Program-made: the position numbers and the translations under genes
Notes under the pieces: model-generated
Told to the model about the DNA's origin: nothing
What the model saw: the letters and a program-made list of their open reading frames with translations, nothing else
The model's database searches: none
Virus record (IMG/VR): IMGVR_UViG_3300025108_004750
Source of the DNA: an uncultured virus (IMG/VR IMGVR_UViG_3300025108_004750)
Lineage: Duplodnaviria; Heunggongvirae; Uroviricota; Caudoviricetes
Strand: one strand, 5' to 3'
DNA length: 20,000 nt
In this document: piece by piece, positions 1 to 8,550 of the stretch
How the letters are laid out: each line of letters opens with the position of its first letter
Numbering within the stretch: the stretch's first letter is position 1

Positions 1-2
1 CA

Positions 3-185
3 AAGCCGTTATTACAAGCAGATTGGAAAGCGAGCTGTGTTCTATCTTTTGATAGTTCTAAGTTAACATTTAACAATGTAACTAATTATGTAGACGGATT
101 TGATTTGCGTATTACATATGATGAGATTGCAATTGGCGGACTTTGGGATAGAGGCGAGAGGAGATACTTACGTGCGAACATGTAA
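3..185 (+). CDS. 3' end of a hypothetical protein, truncated by the window start
   Basis: Frame 3 is open from the window edge (KPLLQADWKASCVLSF...RYLRANM) to TAA at 183-185. It overlaps the next gene's GTG start, as coupled phage genes do. Confidence 0.7.
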   Translation, partial: KPLLQADWKASCVLSFDSSKLTFNNVTNYVDGFDLRITYDEIAIGGLWDRGERRYLRANM

Positions 186-1635
186 ACTAGTCATTGAAGA
201 CGAAGTAAATATCAAACTAGAAGGACTAGAGGTAGACGTACGAAGAAAACTTGCAAGTGCATTGAAGTTTGAAGTACCATATGCACGTTATATGCCACAA
301 TATAAACTAGGACGTTGGGATGGCAAAGTTGCTTTCTTTGGTATTGGCGGTACTGGTTATGTTAATCATCTTAATGTAGTACAAGAAGTTCTTGATAGAA
401 ATAATGTACAAATAGTTGATATTGAGGATAGAAGACATCCTATTGATTTAAAATTTACACATTGTAATGAACGCTATTGGGCAGACCAAGGCGTGCGTTG
501 GCCAGAAGGTCATCCAGCAGAAGGCGAAGAAATTATCCTGCGTGATTATCAAGTTGAAGCTATTAATAACTTCCTTGACAATCCGCAGAGCTTGCAACAG
601 ATCGCTACTGGTGCAGGCAAGACTATCACCACAGCAACACTAAGTCACATGACAGAGAAATACGGGCGTAGCCTTGTTATTGTCCCCAATAAAAGTCTCG
701 TCGAGCAAACGGAAGAGGACTACATTAATTGTAATCTTGATGTGGGTGTGTACTTTGGTGATAGGAAACAATTAGGTAAGACTCATACTATTTGCACTTG
801 GCAGAGTTTGAATATACTCGACAAGAAGCACAAGGACGGCTCAGCAGTATTATCACTAGCAGAGTTTCTTGAAGGTGTGAGCACAATTATTATTGACGAA
901 GTACACCAAGCAAAAGCAGAAGTACTTAAAAACTTGTTAACACGTAACTTACGTAATGCTCCAATTCGTTGGGGACTTACTGGTACTGTACCTAAAGAGA
1001 AGTTTGAGTTTGAAAGTATACATGCAAGTTTAGGACCTGTAATAGGCAACATTACAGCAAAAGAACTTCAAGACAAAGGTGTACTATCAAACTGTCATGT
1101 TAATGTGTGTCAGTTACTTGATACTGTAGCACACAGCGATTATCAATCAGAATTAAAATACCTTGTTACAAACAAAGCACGTATTGAATATATTGCTAAG
1201 TTTTTAAATAAGGTATCACAATCAGGCAATACTCTAATCCTTGTTGATAGGATTAGTGCAGGCGAAATGTTAGCAGAGCTAATACCAGATAGCACTTTTG
1301 TAAGCGGAAGTGTTAAAGTAAAAGACAGAAAAGAAACATATGACGAAATTAAAGACGAAGATAATAAAGTTATTATTGCAACATATGGAGTTGCGGCAGT
1401 AGGACTTAACATACCTCGTATCTTTAACCTAGTTCTTATTGAGCCAGGTAAAAGTTTTGTAAGAGTTATTCAATCTATCGGTAGAGGCGTTCGTAAAGCA
1501 AAAGATAAAGACTTCGTACAAATATGGGACTTGACATCAACATGCAAGTTTGCGAAGCGACATCTGACTCAACGCAAGAAGTTTTATAAAGAGGCAGAGT
1601 ATCCTTTTACAATTGAAAAAATAGACTGGAACTAA
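172..1635 (+). CDS. uvsW: UvsW-like superfamily 2 DEAD/DEAH-box DNA helicase
   Basis: Motifs IATGAGKT (Walker A), IIIDEVH (motif II), GLTGT (motif III) and QSIGRGVR (motif VI). Start moved from 100 to in-frame GTG 172, which follows AGGAGA at 159-164. Confidence 0.9.
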   Translation: MRTCKLVIEDEVNIKLEGLEVDVRRKLASALKFEVPYARYMPQYKLGRWDGKVAFFGIGGTGYVNHLNVVQEVLDRNNVQIVDIEDRRHPIDLKFTHCNERYWADQGVRWPEGHPAEGEEIILRDYQVEAINNFLDNPQSLQQIATGAGKTITTATLSHMTEKYGRSLVIVPNKSLVEQTEEDYINCNLDVGVYFGDRKQLGKTHTICTWQSLNILDKKHKDGSAVLSLAEFLEGVSTIIIDEVHQAKAEVLKNLLTRNLRNAPIRWGLTGTVPKEKFEFESIHASLGPVIGNITAKELQDKGVLSNCHVNVCQLLDTVAHSDYQSELKYLVTNKARIEYIAKFLNKVSQSGNTLILVDRISAGEMLAELIPDSTFVSGSVKVKDRKETYDEIKDEDNKVIIATYGVAAVGLNIPRIFNLVLIEPGKSFVRVIQSIGRGVRKAKDKDFVQIWDLTSTCKFAKRHLTQRKKFYKEAEYPFTIEKIDWN

Positions 1636-1638
1636 TAT

Positions 1639-2145
1639 ATGCAAATATTAACATTAGAAAATGAAGCATTAGATTTAAACACATTACCTGATCAAATTGA
1701 GGAAGACATTAGATTTAGTGTATTAGATAATTCGGATAAAGAAAATCCTGATTTCTTTTATATTCCTTTAATTTTCTTAGAATCATTTAGCTCACCTGGC
1801 GTTGTTTTAAAAGTTGGCGAAACAGAAATACAAATGCCAATTGATTGGCACATTGCTGTAGGCTGTAGTGAAAGTGGAAACGATTTAGAAGTATTACCTT
1901 TAACAAGTATAGGCGACAGAGGATTTGAAGCATTTTTGTTTAATCCACTAGCCAGCTTCAAACCTGAGTTTGGAGAAGTAAAGGTAATTAATTATTATAA
2001 CGATGTTAAATGGTACTTCCCTAAGATGCGTAATGGACAACTTCTTACTGTACCTATGGAAACAAAAAAAGAACCGCTATGTGCATTTTTCATCAAAGAT
2101 ATTACAAGACAAACGGAAGTAATCAAATATGGAGAGTTATTCTAA
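1639..2145 (+). CDS. Phage hypothetical protein, beta-rich, possible degenerate Hint-like fold
   Basis: 168-aa ORF tightly packed 3 nt after uvsW. No clear catalytic motif. Confidence 0.75.
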   Translation: MQILTLENEALDLNTLPDQIEEDIRFSVLDNSDKENPDFFYIPLIFLESFSSPGVVLKVGETEIQMPIDWHIAVGCSESGNDLEVLPLTSIGDRGFEAFLFNPLASFKPEFGEVKVINYYNDVKWYFPKMRNGQLLTVPMETKKEPLCAFFIKDITRQTEVIKYGELF

Positions 2146-2146
2146 A

Positions 2147-2503
2147 ATGAAAGCAGGAAAGATTTGGGGTCAAACAGAATTGATCCACGCAAACGGTGTA
2201 CTAGAGTTTCACCGTATTGAATACAAAGCAGGATACAAATGTTCAGAACACGAACATCAATATAAATGGAACGGATTCTTTGTTGAATCGGGCAAGATGA
2301 TTGTTCGAGTTTGGCAAGATGATCAAGGATTAGTAGACGAAACTATTCTTGAAGCAGGGGACTTTACACAAGTGAAGCCCGGAAAAATTCACCAGTTTGA
2401 AGGTTTAGAAGACGGTGTCGCTTTTGAACTTTATTGGGCTGAATTTAATCATGACGACATTGTTCGTCGTACATCAGGCACCAATGTAAAAAAAGGAAAA
2501 TAA
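2147..2503 (+). CDS. Cupin-domain protein (sugar isomerase-like)
   Basis: Cupin motif 1 CSEHEHQYKWNGFFVESG and motif 2 GDFTQVKPGKIHQF. ATG 2147 lies directly after the upstream stop and is preferred over 2129. Confidence 0.85.
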   Translation: MKAGKIWGQTELIHANGVLEFHRIEYKAGYKCSEHEHQYKWNGFFVESGKMIVRVWQDDQGLVDETILEAGDFTQVKPGKIHQFEGLEDGVAFELYWAEFNHDDIVRRTSGTNVKKGK

Positions 2504-2506
2504 AAT

Positions 2507-3220
2507 ATGTTTAGTAACATTGATAAAAGTATGATGCTTAAACTTGCACTTCTGCACGTTGTAGTGATTACTATTTCAAATGCTTTAGTTTCTATTCCGG
2601 TAGAAATTGCAGGCATTAAATTAACATGGGCGGCGTTTACATTCCCGCTTGTGGTATTAGCAACTGACTTAACTGTTAGAATGCTAGGCAAGAACATTGC
2701 TAGAGCAACTATTGCGGCGGCATATCCACTTGCTATTATTGGATCAATCGCAGTAGTACTTGCTGAAGGTGCTCCACAGTCAGTAGCAATGCGTATTGGT
2801 TTTGCATCAGCAACTGCATACGCCGTAGGTACAATGCTCGATGTATATGTATTCCAATATATTAGAGAGAAGATGTCAGCATGGTGGTTAGCACCAGCAT
2901 TGTCAACAGTTGTTGCAAACATCATCGATACATACACATTCTTCGCAGTAGCGTTTAATAACTCAGCAGATGAGTATATGGCCGCTAACTGGATGGAGAT
3001 TGCAGGATCGCAAGTTGTGATTAAGATTGCAGTAGGTTTAATTATCTTCCTACCAGCATACGGTGTACTACTACGTTACCTAAACGGTAAACTAGGAGAG
3101 GACATTCTTGTGCTAAAAGATGAAGTAGTTGAAAAGCCAAAAGCAAAGGCAAAAGTAAAAGCCCCAGCTAAAAAGACTACTGCTAAAAAGACTACTAAGT
3201 CTAAAGCGAAAAAAGGCTAA
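2507..3220 (+). CDS. yhhQ: Queuosine precursor (preQ0/preQ1) transporter, YhhQ/VUT family, with a Lys/Ala-rich C-terminal tail
   Basis: Multi-pass membrane protein. Motifs TWAAFTFP..LATDLTVR, LDVYVF, WWLAP, WMEIA and FLPAYGVLL match my recollection of E. coli YhhQ. Confidence 0.9.
   Translation: MFSNIDKSMMLKLALLHVVVITISNALVSIPVEIAGIKLTWAAFTFPLVVLATDLTVRMLGKNIARATIAAAYPLAIIGSIAVVLAEGAPQSVAMRIGFASATAYAVGTMLDVYVFQYIREKMSAWWLAPALSTVVANIIDTYTFFAVAFNNSADEYMAANWMEIAGSQVVIKIAVGLIIFLPAYGVLLRYLNGKLGEDILVLKDEVVEKPKAKAKVKAPAKKTTAKKTTKSKAKKG
3167..3196 (+). repeat. Perfect 15-bp tandem repeat (GCTAAAAAGACTACT x2) encoding AKKTT AKKTT
   Basis: Read directly at 3167-3181 and 3182-3196. Confidence 0.9.
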
Positions 3221-3225
3221 TTGAT

Positions 3226-3498
3226 ATGGGTAAACTTATACCCAATCAAGCACTGATATACGAGCGTAGCGAAGGAGTCGTCTACGCTCGTTATCGTGAT
3301 CCGCCACATAATAAAATACCTCGTTGGGTAATAGGTGGCGAGCCAGATGCAACTGCAAAAGCATTAGGCATTGTAAGTTATGACGAATGGAAAAATGTAA
3401 TGCGAATTGCAGAAAGTAATGCAAATGTTAAAAAACAATTTGATAGACTAATGACAATGTATTATGTAGTCAAAGATGAACAAGAGGAAATCCAATGA
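3226..3498 (+). CDS. Phage hypothetical protein
   Basis: 90-aa ORF with an ATGA overlap into kdsA. LIYER..GVVYAR N-terminal pattern. Confidence 0.75.
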   Translation: MGKLIPNQALIYERSEGVVYARYRDPPHNKIPRWVIGGEPDATAKALGIVSYDEWKNVMRIAESNANVKKQFDRLMTMYYVVKDEQEEIQ

Positions 3499-4268
3499 GA
3501 ATTATAGCAGGGCCATGCCAACACGAAACACTTACAGAAAGTTTAATGATTGCTAAAGAGTGTCAACGTGTATGTGATAAACACGGCATTGAATATTATT
3601 TTAAAGCAAGTTTTGATAAAGCAAATAGAAGCAGTATGCAGGGCAAGCGAGGTGTTGGATTAAATGCAACACTAACTGACTTTCAACAAATAAAAGACAC
3701 AGTGGGCTCTAAGACGCTCACAGACGTTCATACAGTAGAGCAAATTAGTCACGTTACTACTTTCTTTAATAATGCTGTAGACGTACTACAAATACCCGCA
3801 TTTCTTTGTAGACAAACTGACCTATTACAGGCGGCTTGTTCTACAGATAAAATAGTAAATATAAAGAAGGGACAATTTTTAGCTCCCTGGGATGTCAAAG
3901 GTATACTAAGCAAGTGTACAGATGCCAACGAAGTTTGGATTACTGAGAGAGGAACAAGTTTTGGATACAATAGTCTTGTTGTGGATTATACTGGTCTTAT
4001 CTATATGCTCGATAATTATGATAATGATATTGTGTTTGATGTTACGCACTCTGTCCAAAAACCCGGAGGACTGGGGGATAGTAGCGGCGGGAATCGTGAT
4101 TACGTGCCTGGGCTCGCTCGTGCTGGGTCTGCTCTTGGGATCACTTCCTTCTTCCTCGAAGTCCACCCTATGCCTGATGACTCGCCAAGCGATGGTCCAA
4201 ATATGCTTAGACTAGATGACTTCGAACAAGTAGTGGATGACTTAGTTAAATATCAGTATGAACAATAA
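3495..4268 (+). CDS. kdsA: 3-deoxy-8-phosphooctulonate (KDO8P) synthase
   Basis: IIAGPC, FKASFDKANRSS, LQIPAFLCRQTDL, NIKKGQFLAP, TERGTSFGY, FDVTHSVQ and SDGPN signatures. The N-terminal Cys suggests the metal-dependent class. Confidence 0.97.
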   Translation: MRIIAGPCQHETLTESLMIAKECQRVCDKHGIEYYFKASFDKANRSSMQGKRGVGLNATLTDFQQIKDTVGSKTLTDVHTVEQISHVTTFFNNAVDVLQIPAFLCRQTDLLQAACSTDKIVNIKKGQFLAPWDVKGILSKCTDANEVWITERGTSFGYNSLVVDYTGLIYMLDNYDNDIVFDVTHSVQKPGGLGDSSGGNRDYVPGLARAGSALGITSFFLEVHPMPDDSPSDGPNMLRLDDFEQVVDDLVKYQYEQ

Positions 4269-5259
4269 ATTTGAAAATGCTTATAACCAAGTAGCACAAG
4301 CCTGTCCTCCTATATGGATGATGCGACAAGCTGGCAGATATCAAAAAGGTTATATGGAAATGAAAGAACATTGGTCGTTTGAACAAATGTGTAAACTACC
4401 AAGACTAGCAAGCCAAGTTGCTATGCTACCAATTAATCAGTTTGACTTTGACATTGCAATACTGTTTAGTGATATATTATTTCCTATTGAAGGATTAGGT
4501 GTACCATTAAAGTTTGATCCAGGTCCAAAATTTGAATGGCACATTAACGAAGAAAATTATAAACAACATTCTAATATTCAACTTGCTGTAAACCATATGG
4601 AGTTTCAAGCAAAGGCAGTAACAGCAACAAGAGAAGCACTACCTGCTAAAAAAAGTTTAATAGGTTTTGTTGGCGGACCGTGGACACTACTAAACTATGC
4701 TATAGGCAAAGATGCAAAAGTAAGTTTAGGTTGGAAAACAAAATACATGAATGAAGTTATTATGCCTTTGCTTGTACGTAATATTCATTTGCAATTAGAT
4801 GCTGGTGCTGAAAAAGTAATGATACTTGATAGTGGTGTAGGTAATATGAGCGAAAGCTATTTTAAGAAGCACTACGTTAACACACTACAACCAATGATAC
4901 AAACTGACACAGGCTATTACACACAACACTTAAATTCAAGATGCTTACCTACTCTATATAAAATGGGGTGGGCAGGTATAGGTATTGATAGTACTGTTGA
5001 TATTACTAACACATTTAAAAAATATAAAGACGGATTTATTCAGGGCAATTTTGACGAAAAACTTTTACTGTTACCAAAAGAAGAATGTAGAGCACACATT
5101 GAAGATTTTTGTAACACAATGCAAACAATCGACCGTACAGGTTGGATCTGCGGACTAGGACATGGTATAACTAAAGAAACACCAGAAGAAAATGTTAAAA
5201 TGTTTGTAGATATGATAAGAGAAAGATTCGATGAAAACAGCAATACTAATACCCGCTAG
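4258..5259 (+). CDS. hemE: Uroporphyrinogen III decarboxylase
   Basis: PIWMMRQAGRY, AILFSDIL, LIGFVGGPWTLLNY, IQGNFD and LGHGI...TPEENV signatures, full length at 333 aa. Confidence 0.95.
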   Translation: MNNKFENAYNQVAQACPPIWMMRQAGRYQKGYMEMKEHWSFEQMCKLPRLASQVAMLPINQFDFDIAILFSDILFPIEGLGVPLKFDPGPKFEWHINEENYKQHSNIQLAVNHMEFQAKAVTATREALPAKKSLIGFVGGPWTLLNYAIGKDAKVSLGWKTKYMNEVIMPLLVRNIHLQLDAGAEKVMILDSGVGNMSESYFKKHYVNTLQPMIQTDTGYYTQHLNSRCLPTLYKMGWAGIGIDSTVDITNTFKKYKDGFIQGNFDEKLLLLPKEECRAHIEDFCNTMQTIDRTGWICGLGHGITKETPEENVKMFVDMIRERFDENSNTNTR

Positions 5260-5893
5260 ATTAAAGAGTACACGATTAGCTGATAAGATGTTAGTCGAAC
5301 TAGACGGCGTACCATTAATTAAAAGAGTATTTGATATATGTAATGCAACTAAGTTTGACACTTACATTGTAACAGATAGTTTAGAGATTGCAGAAATATC
5401 TCCTAACTTTATTCTTACAGGAGAAGCAAGTAACGGCACAGAAAGATGTGCATTAGCCGCACGTGAGTTAAATTATGATCAGTATATTAACGTGCAAGGC
5501 GATATGCCTGACATACGACCTGATATGATAAAAGACGTAGCAGATTATCTACAGTATTATCCAATTACAACTTTGTTTACTGGTATGGATAAGGAAGAAC
5601 AAAATAAACCTAGCACTGTTAAAATGATACGTGCAGGTGACAAAGCTCTTTGGTTTGGTAGAGGTATGCAGGGTTATGGTGAATGGCACTTAGGTGTGTA
5701 CGGTTATAGGGCGGATGCATTAAACTTATATCCAAACCTAGAAGTAACAGTAGAAGAAGAAACAGAAAAATTAGAACAACTACGTTGGCTCAAAGCAGGC
5801 TGGGATATAGGTTGCACAAGAGTAGATTTTAAAGGCGTAGAGATAAACACACAAGAAGATATTCTTCTTTGGAATCACAAAAATAATGCTTGA
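5231..5893 (+). CDS. kdsB: 3-deoxy-manno-octulosonate cytidylyltransferase (CMP-KDO synthetase)
   Basis: IPARLKSTRL..K, NGTER, INVQGDMP, HLGVYGY, EKLEQLRWL and EINT.ED motifs. Confidence 0.95.
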   Translation: MKTAILIPARLKSTRLADKMLVELDGVPLIKRVFDICNATKFDTYIVTDSLEIAEISPNFILTGEASNGTERCALAARELNYDQYINVQGDMPDIRPDMIKDVADYLQYYPITTLFTGMDKEEQNKPSTVKMIRAGDKALWFGRGMQGYGEWHLGVYGYRADALNLYPNLEVTVEEETEKLEQLRWLKAGWDIGCTRVDFKGVEINTQEDILLWNHKNNA

Positions 5894-5918
5894 CTTTATT
5901 ACTAAAAGGTACTATAAT
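5890..5918 (+). promoter_or_regulatory. Sigma70-type promoter TTGACT-N17-TATAAT, probably leaderless
   Basis: -35 at 5890-5895, -10 at 5913-5918, ATG 6 nt downstream at 5925, no Shine-Dalgarno in between. Confidence 0.8.
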
Positions 5919-5924
5919 TAAACT

Positions 5925-6377
5925 ATGAACAAACTTCCAATTAAAGATATATTAGCCGCAGTTGATATGGGTGCATTAACCGTATGGGATGAACTATCAG
6001 ATGAAGAACGCAAACAAGTTAGTTTTTACTTGTTGAATAGATATGTTAGTAGTGTCAAAGGTAATAGAGAAAGTCAAGAACTTGCAGTATTCAAAACAAA
6101 TGAATATTACAACAAACATTTCTTTACACTACAGAAACACAAGAAACTTCTTTGGCAACTACTGTGTTTAAGTGGCAACACTAAAAGCATTGCATACCAC
6201 GAATGGATTGGACACAAGAAAAAAGGTACAGGTGATAATAGCAAAGCAACTAAGTTTCTAATGCAAATGTATCCTAATATGAAACAAGATGAAGTAGAAC
6301 TAATGGCCCAATTATCTACTAAGAAAGAAATAAAAGCATGGGCAAAAGATCACGGCATTGAGGATTTAAAATTATGA
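5925..6377 (+). CDS. Putative clamp-loader small subunit (T4 gp62-like)
   Basis: 150-aa helical protein with FYLLNRYVS, N.Y.N.HFF.L..H..L.W.LL and YHEWI..KKK pattern reminiscent of the gp62 family. Replication gene context. Confidence 0.6.
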   Translation: MNKLPIKDILAAVDMGALTVWDELSDEERKQVSFYLLNRYVSSVKGNRESQELAVFKTNEYYNKHFFTLQKHKKLLWQLLCLSGNTKSIAYHEWIGHKKKGTGDNSKATKFLMQMYPNMKQDEVELMAQLSTKKEIKAWAKDHGIEDLKL

Positions 6378-6703
6378 AAGTAAGTATTAATGACATTGGT
6401 GGAGAGATTGCTAAAGAAGATGAAAGGTATATTGTTAAAGATAATACAACATTAAAAAATTTAGTAATTAGTAGCACACGCCTACGACCAAGAAAAGCAA
6501 CATCAGGACATAAGCATGAAGGACAAGAGGAAGTATATTACTTCATTGAAGGTACTGGTAAAATGGAATTAGATGATGAAATGATCAAAGTACAACCAGG
6601 TGATGTAGTACTAATTGAAGACGGAGTATTTCATCGTGTACATGCAGGTATGTATGAAGAATTATATTTTGTATGTGTGTTTGACGGACGGAGATCTCAT
6701 TGA
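6374..6703 (+). CDS. Cupin_2 domain protein
   Basis: GHKHEGQEEVYYFIEGTG and GDVVLIEDGVFHRV metal-binding cupin motifs. Confidence 0.88.
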   Translation: MKVSINDIGGEIAKEDERYIVKDNTTLKNLVISSTRLRPRKATSGHKHEGQEEVYYFIEGTGKMELDDEMIKVQPGDVVLIEDGVFHRVHAGMYEELYFVCVFDGRRSH

Positions 6704-6718
6704 AGGAGACAATAAAGA

Positions 6719-7453
6719 ATGATAGAGTTTTTAGCTCAAGAAAAGAAGAACGGGCTATTTAAAAAAATGTCTACACCTAAACCTTATACGTGTGAATACT
6801 GCGGAGCCTCTTTTACAAGAGAGAAGACTCTTGCAGTTCATATGTGTGAAAAGAAAAGACGTAGGTTACAAAAAAATGAAAAGCGTGTCCAAACAGGATA
6901 TTATGCATTTACACGTTTCTATACATTAAGTGCAGGTACTAAAAAAGAAAAAACATATGAAGACTTTTGTGCAAGTCCTTACTATAATGCATTTGTAAAG
7001 TTTGGATCATTTGTAAACAATGTACGTCCGTTGTATCCAGAAAAATACATTGACTGGGTAGTAACAAGCAGAGTAAAACTTGATCATTGGTGTAGAGATG
7101 AATTGTATGAAAAGTATGCAACAGAACTAGTACTTAAAGAAAGTATGGAAACTGCTATTGAGAGATCAATACAAACTATGATGGACTGGGCTACTGAAGC
7201 CGAAGCACCTTGGAATGATTACTTTAGGTATGCAAGTTTGAATAGAGTTACTAGAGATATTAAGGACGGTAAAGTTAGTCCTTGGCTTATACTAAATTGT
7301 GCAAGCGGAAAAGAAATGTTAAGCAAATTTAGTGATGAACAATTAGGATTTGTATATGAAGTAATAGAACCTAAGCATTGGGCATTACGCTTTAGAAGAG
7401 CATCAAGTGATGTTGAAGTAGTAAAAGAAGTAGCTAGGGAAAGTAAATTATGA
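6719..7453 (+). CDS. Phage protein with N-terminal zinc finger (C2HC/C2H2-like)
   Basis: YTCEYCGASFTREKTLAVHMCE zinc-finger pattern. AAGGAG at 6703-6708 supports the start; alternative ATG at 6767. Confidence 0.75.
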   Translation: MIEFLAQEKKNGLFKKMSTPKPYTCEYCGASFTREKTLAVHMCEKKRRRLQKNEKRVQTGYYAFTRFYTLSAGTKKEKTYEDFCASPYYNAFVKFGSFVNNVRPLYPEKYIDWVVTSRVKLDHWCRDELYEKYATELVLKESMETAIERSIQTMMDWATEAEAPWNDYFRYASLNRVTRDIKDGKVSPWLILNCASGKEMLSKFSDEQLGFVYEVIEPKHWALRFRRASSDVEVVKEVARESKL

Positions 7454-8013
7454 AAACACATTTATTAGGTAATGAACATCAATGGATTATTGAAACCCAT
7501 TATGCAGACAGTGAAGAGTTTGACTACCATTGGGATAAGAAAGTTTTCCCGGCAGAAACACGTGAAGATGTAAGTGATCAAACAAGTACATATAGAGGTA
7601 AGCAGTGGAATATTCATCCACAAGCATTTTTAAATGAATGGAAGTATAAGCCATTTCTACAGTCTAAAATTGATGAAGTTGGGTTAAATATAGAGTTAAC
7701 AGAGTTATGTGCATTGTGGACAGTTGAGTATCGCAAAGGCGGTTGGCAGAAAGCACATAGGCACAGTGATCAAACGGTAAAGAAGATTAGTGCAGTATGT
7801 TACTTAACTGAGCCAGATGATGATTCATCGACATTCCACGGAGCAACTTTTGCATACTTATATGACGGCGAAGGTAACACACATGACTTATGTTACAAGC
7901 CTAATATAGGCGATGTACTAATATTTAAAAGCACAGTATTACATGGCTCATATCCTGTAAGGCAAAACAAAAGAGTATTTGTAGTTGACTACTTTTACAA
8001 AGATAAACAATAG
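7450..8013 (+). CDS. Putative 2OG-Fe(II) oxygenase (double-stranded beta-helix, HxH...H...R)
   Basis: W..EY..GGWQKAHRH, ISAVCYL, GDVLIF.S.VLHG and KRVFVVD motifs. Confidence 0.75.
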   Translation: MKTHLLGNEHQWIIETHYADSEEFDYHWDKKVFPAETREDVSDQTSTYRGKQWNIHPQAFLNEWKYKPFLQSKIDEVGLNIELTELCALWTVEYRKGGWQKAHRHSDQTVKKISAVCYLTEPDDDSSTFHGATFAYLYDGEGNTHDLCYKPNIGDVLIFKSTVLHGSYPVRQNKRVFVVDYFYKDKQ

Positions 8014-8025
8014 GAGATTAATAAT

Positions 8026-8550
8026 ATGAAACTAGAACTTATTATTGCACCGGACGAAAGATTAGATACAGCAGTTACTAAAGAATGGGATTTTGATAAT
8101 CCACAGTATGATGCAAAAGAACTTAAAGAGGCAATGATTGCAGTAATGGTAAAGCATCGTGGTCTTGGATTATCTGCAAACCAAGTAGGTATAATGGACG
8201 CAAGATGTTTTGTATTTCAAAATAATCAAGCAAACAACGACTATGATAGAAACGTATTAGCATTACATCCATCATATGAAGCAGTTACAGAAACAGAACA
8301 TTCCGAAGTTGGAATGTTTGAAGGCTGTTTAAGTTTTCCAGATATTACATTGAACATTGTCCGTCCAGCACGTATTAAAGCTAAATGGAAAGACGCAGAT
8401 GGAAAACCGTGGGAAGAAGAATTGTATGGATATCAAGCACGTTGCTTTATGCATGAAATGGATCACTTAGATGGTATGAGCATGAGCGAACATGTTTCAC
8501 CTAAGATATGGAGAGAAGCTGTAGCAAATGCAGAAGCAAAGAAAACTTAA
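8026..8550 (+). CDS. def: Peptide deformylase
   Basis: GLGLSANQVG, EGCLSFP and HEMDHLDG motifs. AGGAGA RBS at 8012-8017. Confidence 0.96.
   Translation: MKLELIIAPDERLDTAVTKEWDFDNPQYDAKELKEAMIAVMVKHRGLGLSANQVGIMDARCFVFQNNQANNDYDRNVLALHPSYEAVTETEHSEVGMFEGCLSFPDITLNIVRPARIKAKWKDADGKPWEEELYGYQARCFMHEMDHLDGMSMSEHVSPKIWREAVANAEAKKT

Noticed and set aside
100..171. ORF-track N-terminal extension of the helicase from TTG 100
   Set aside because: It overlaps the upstream gene in another frame. GTG 172 has a well-spaced AGGAGA RBS.
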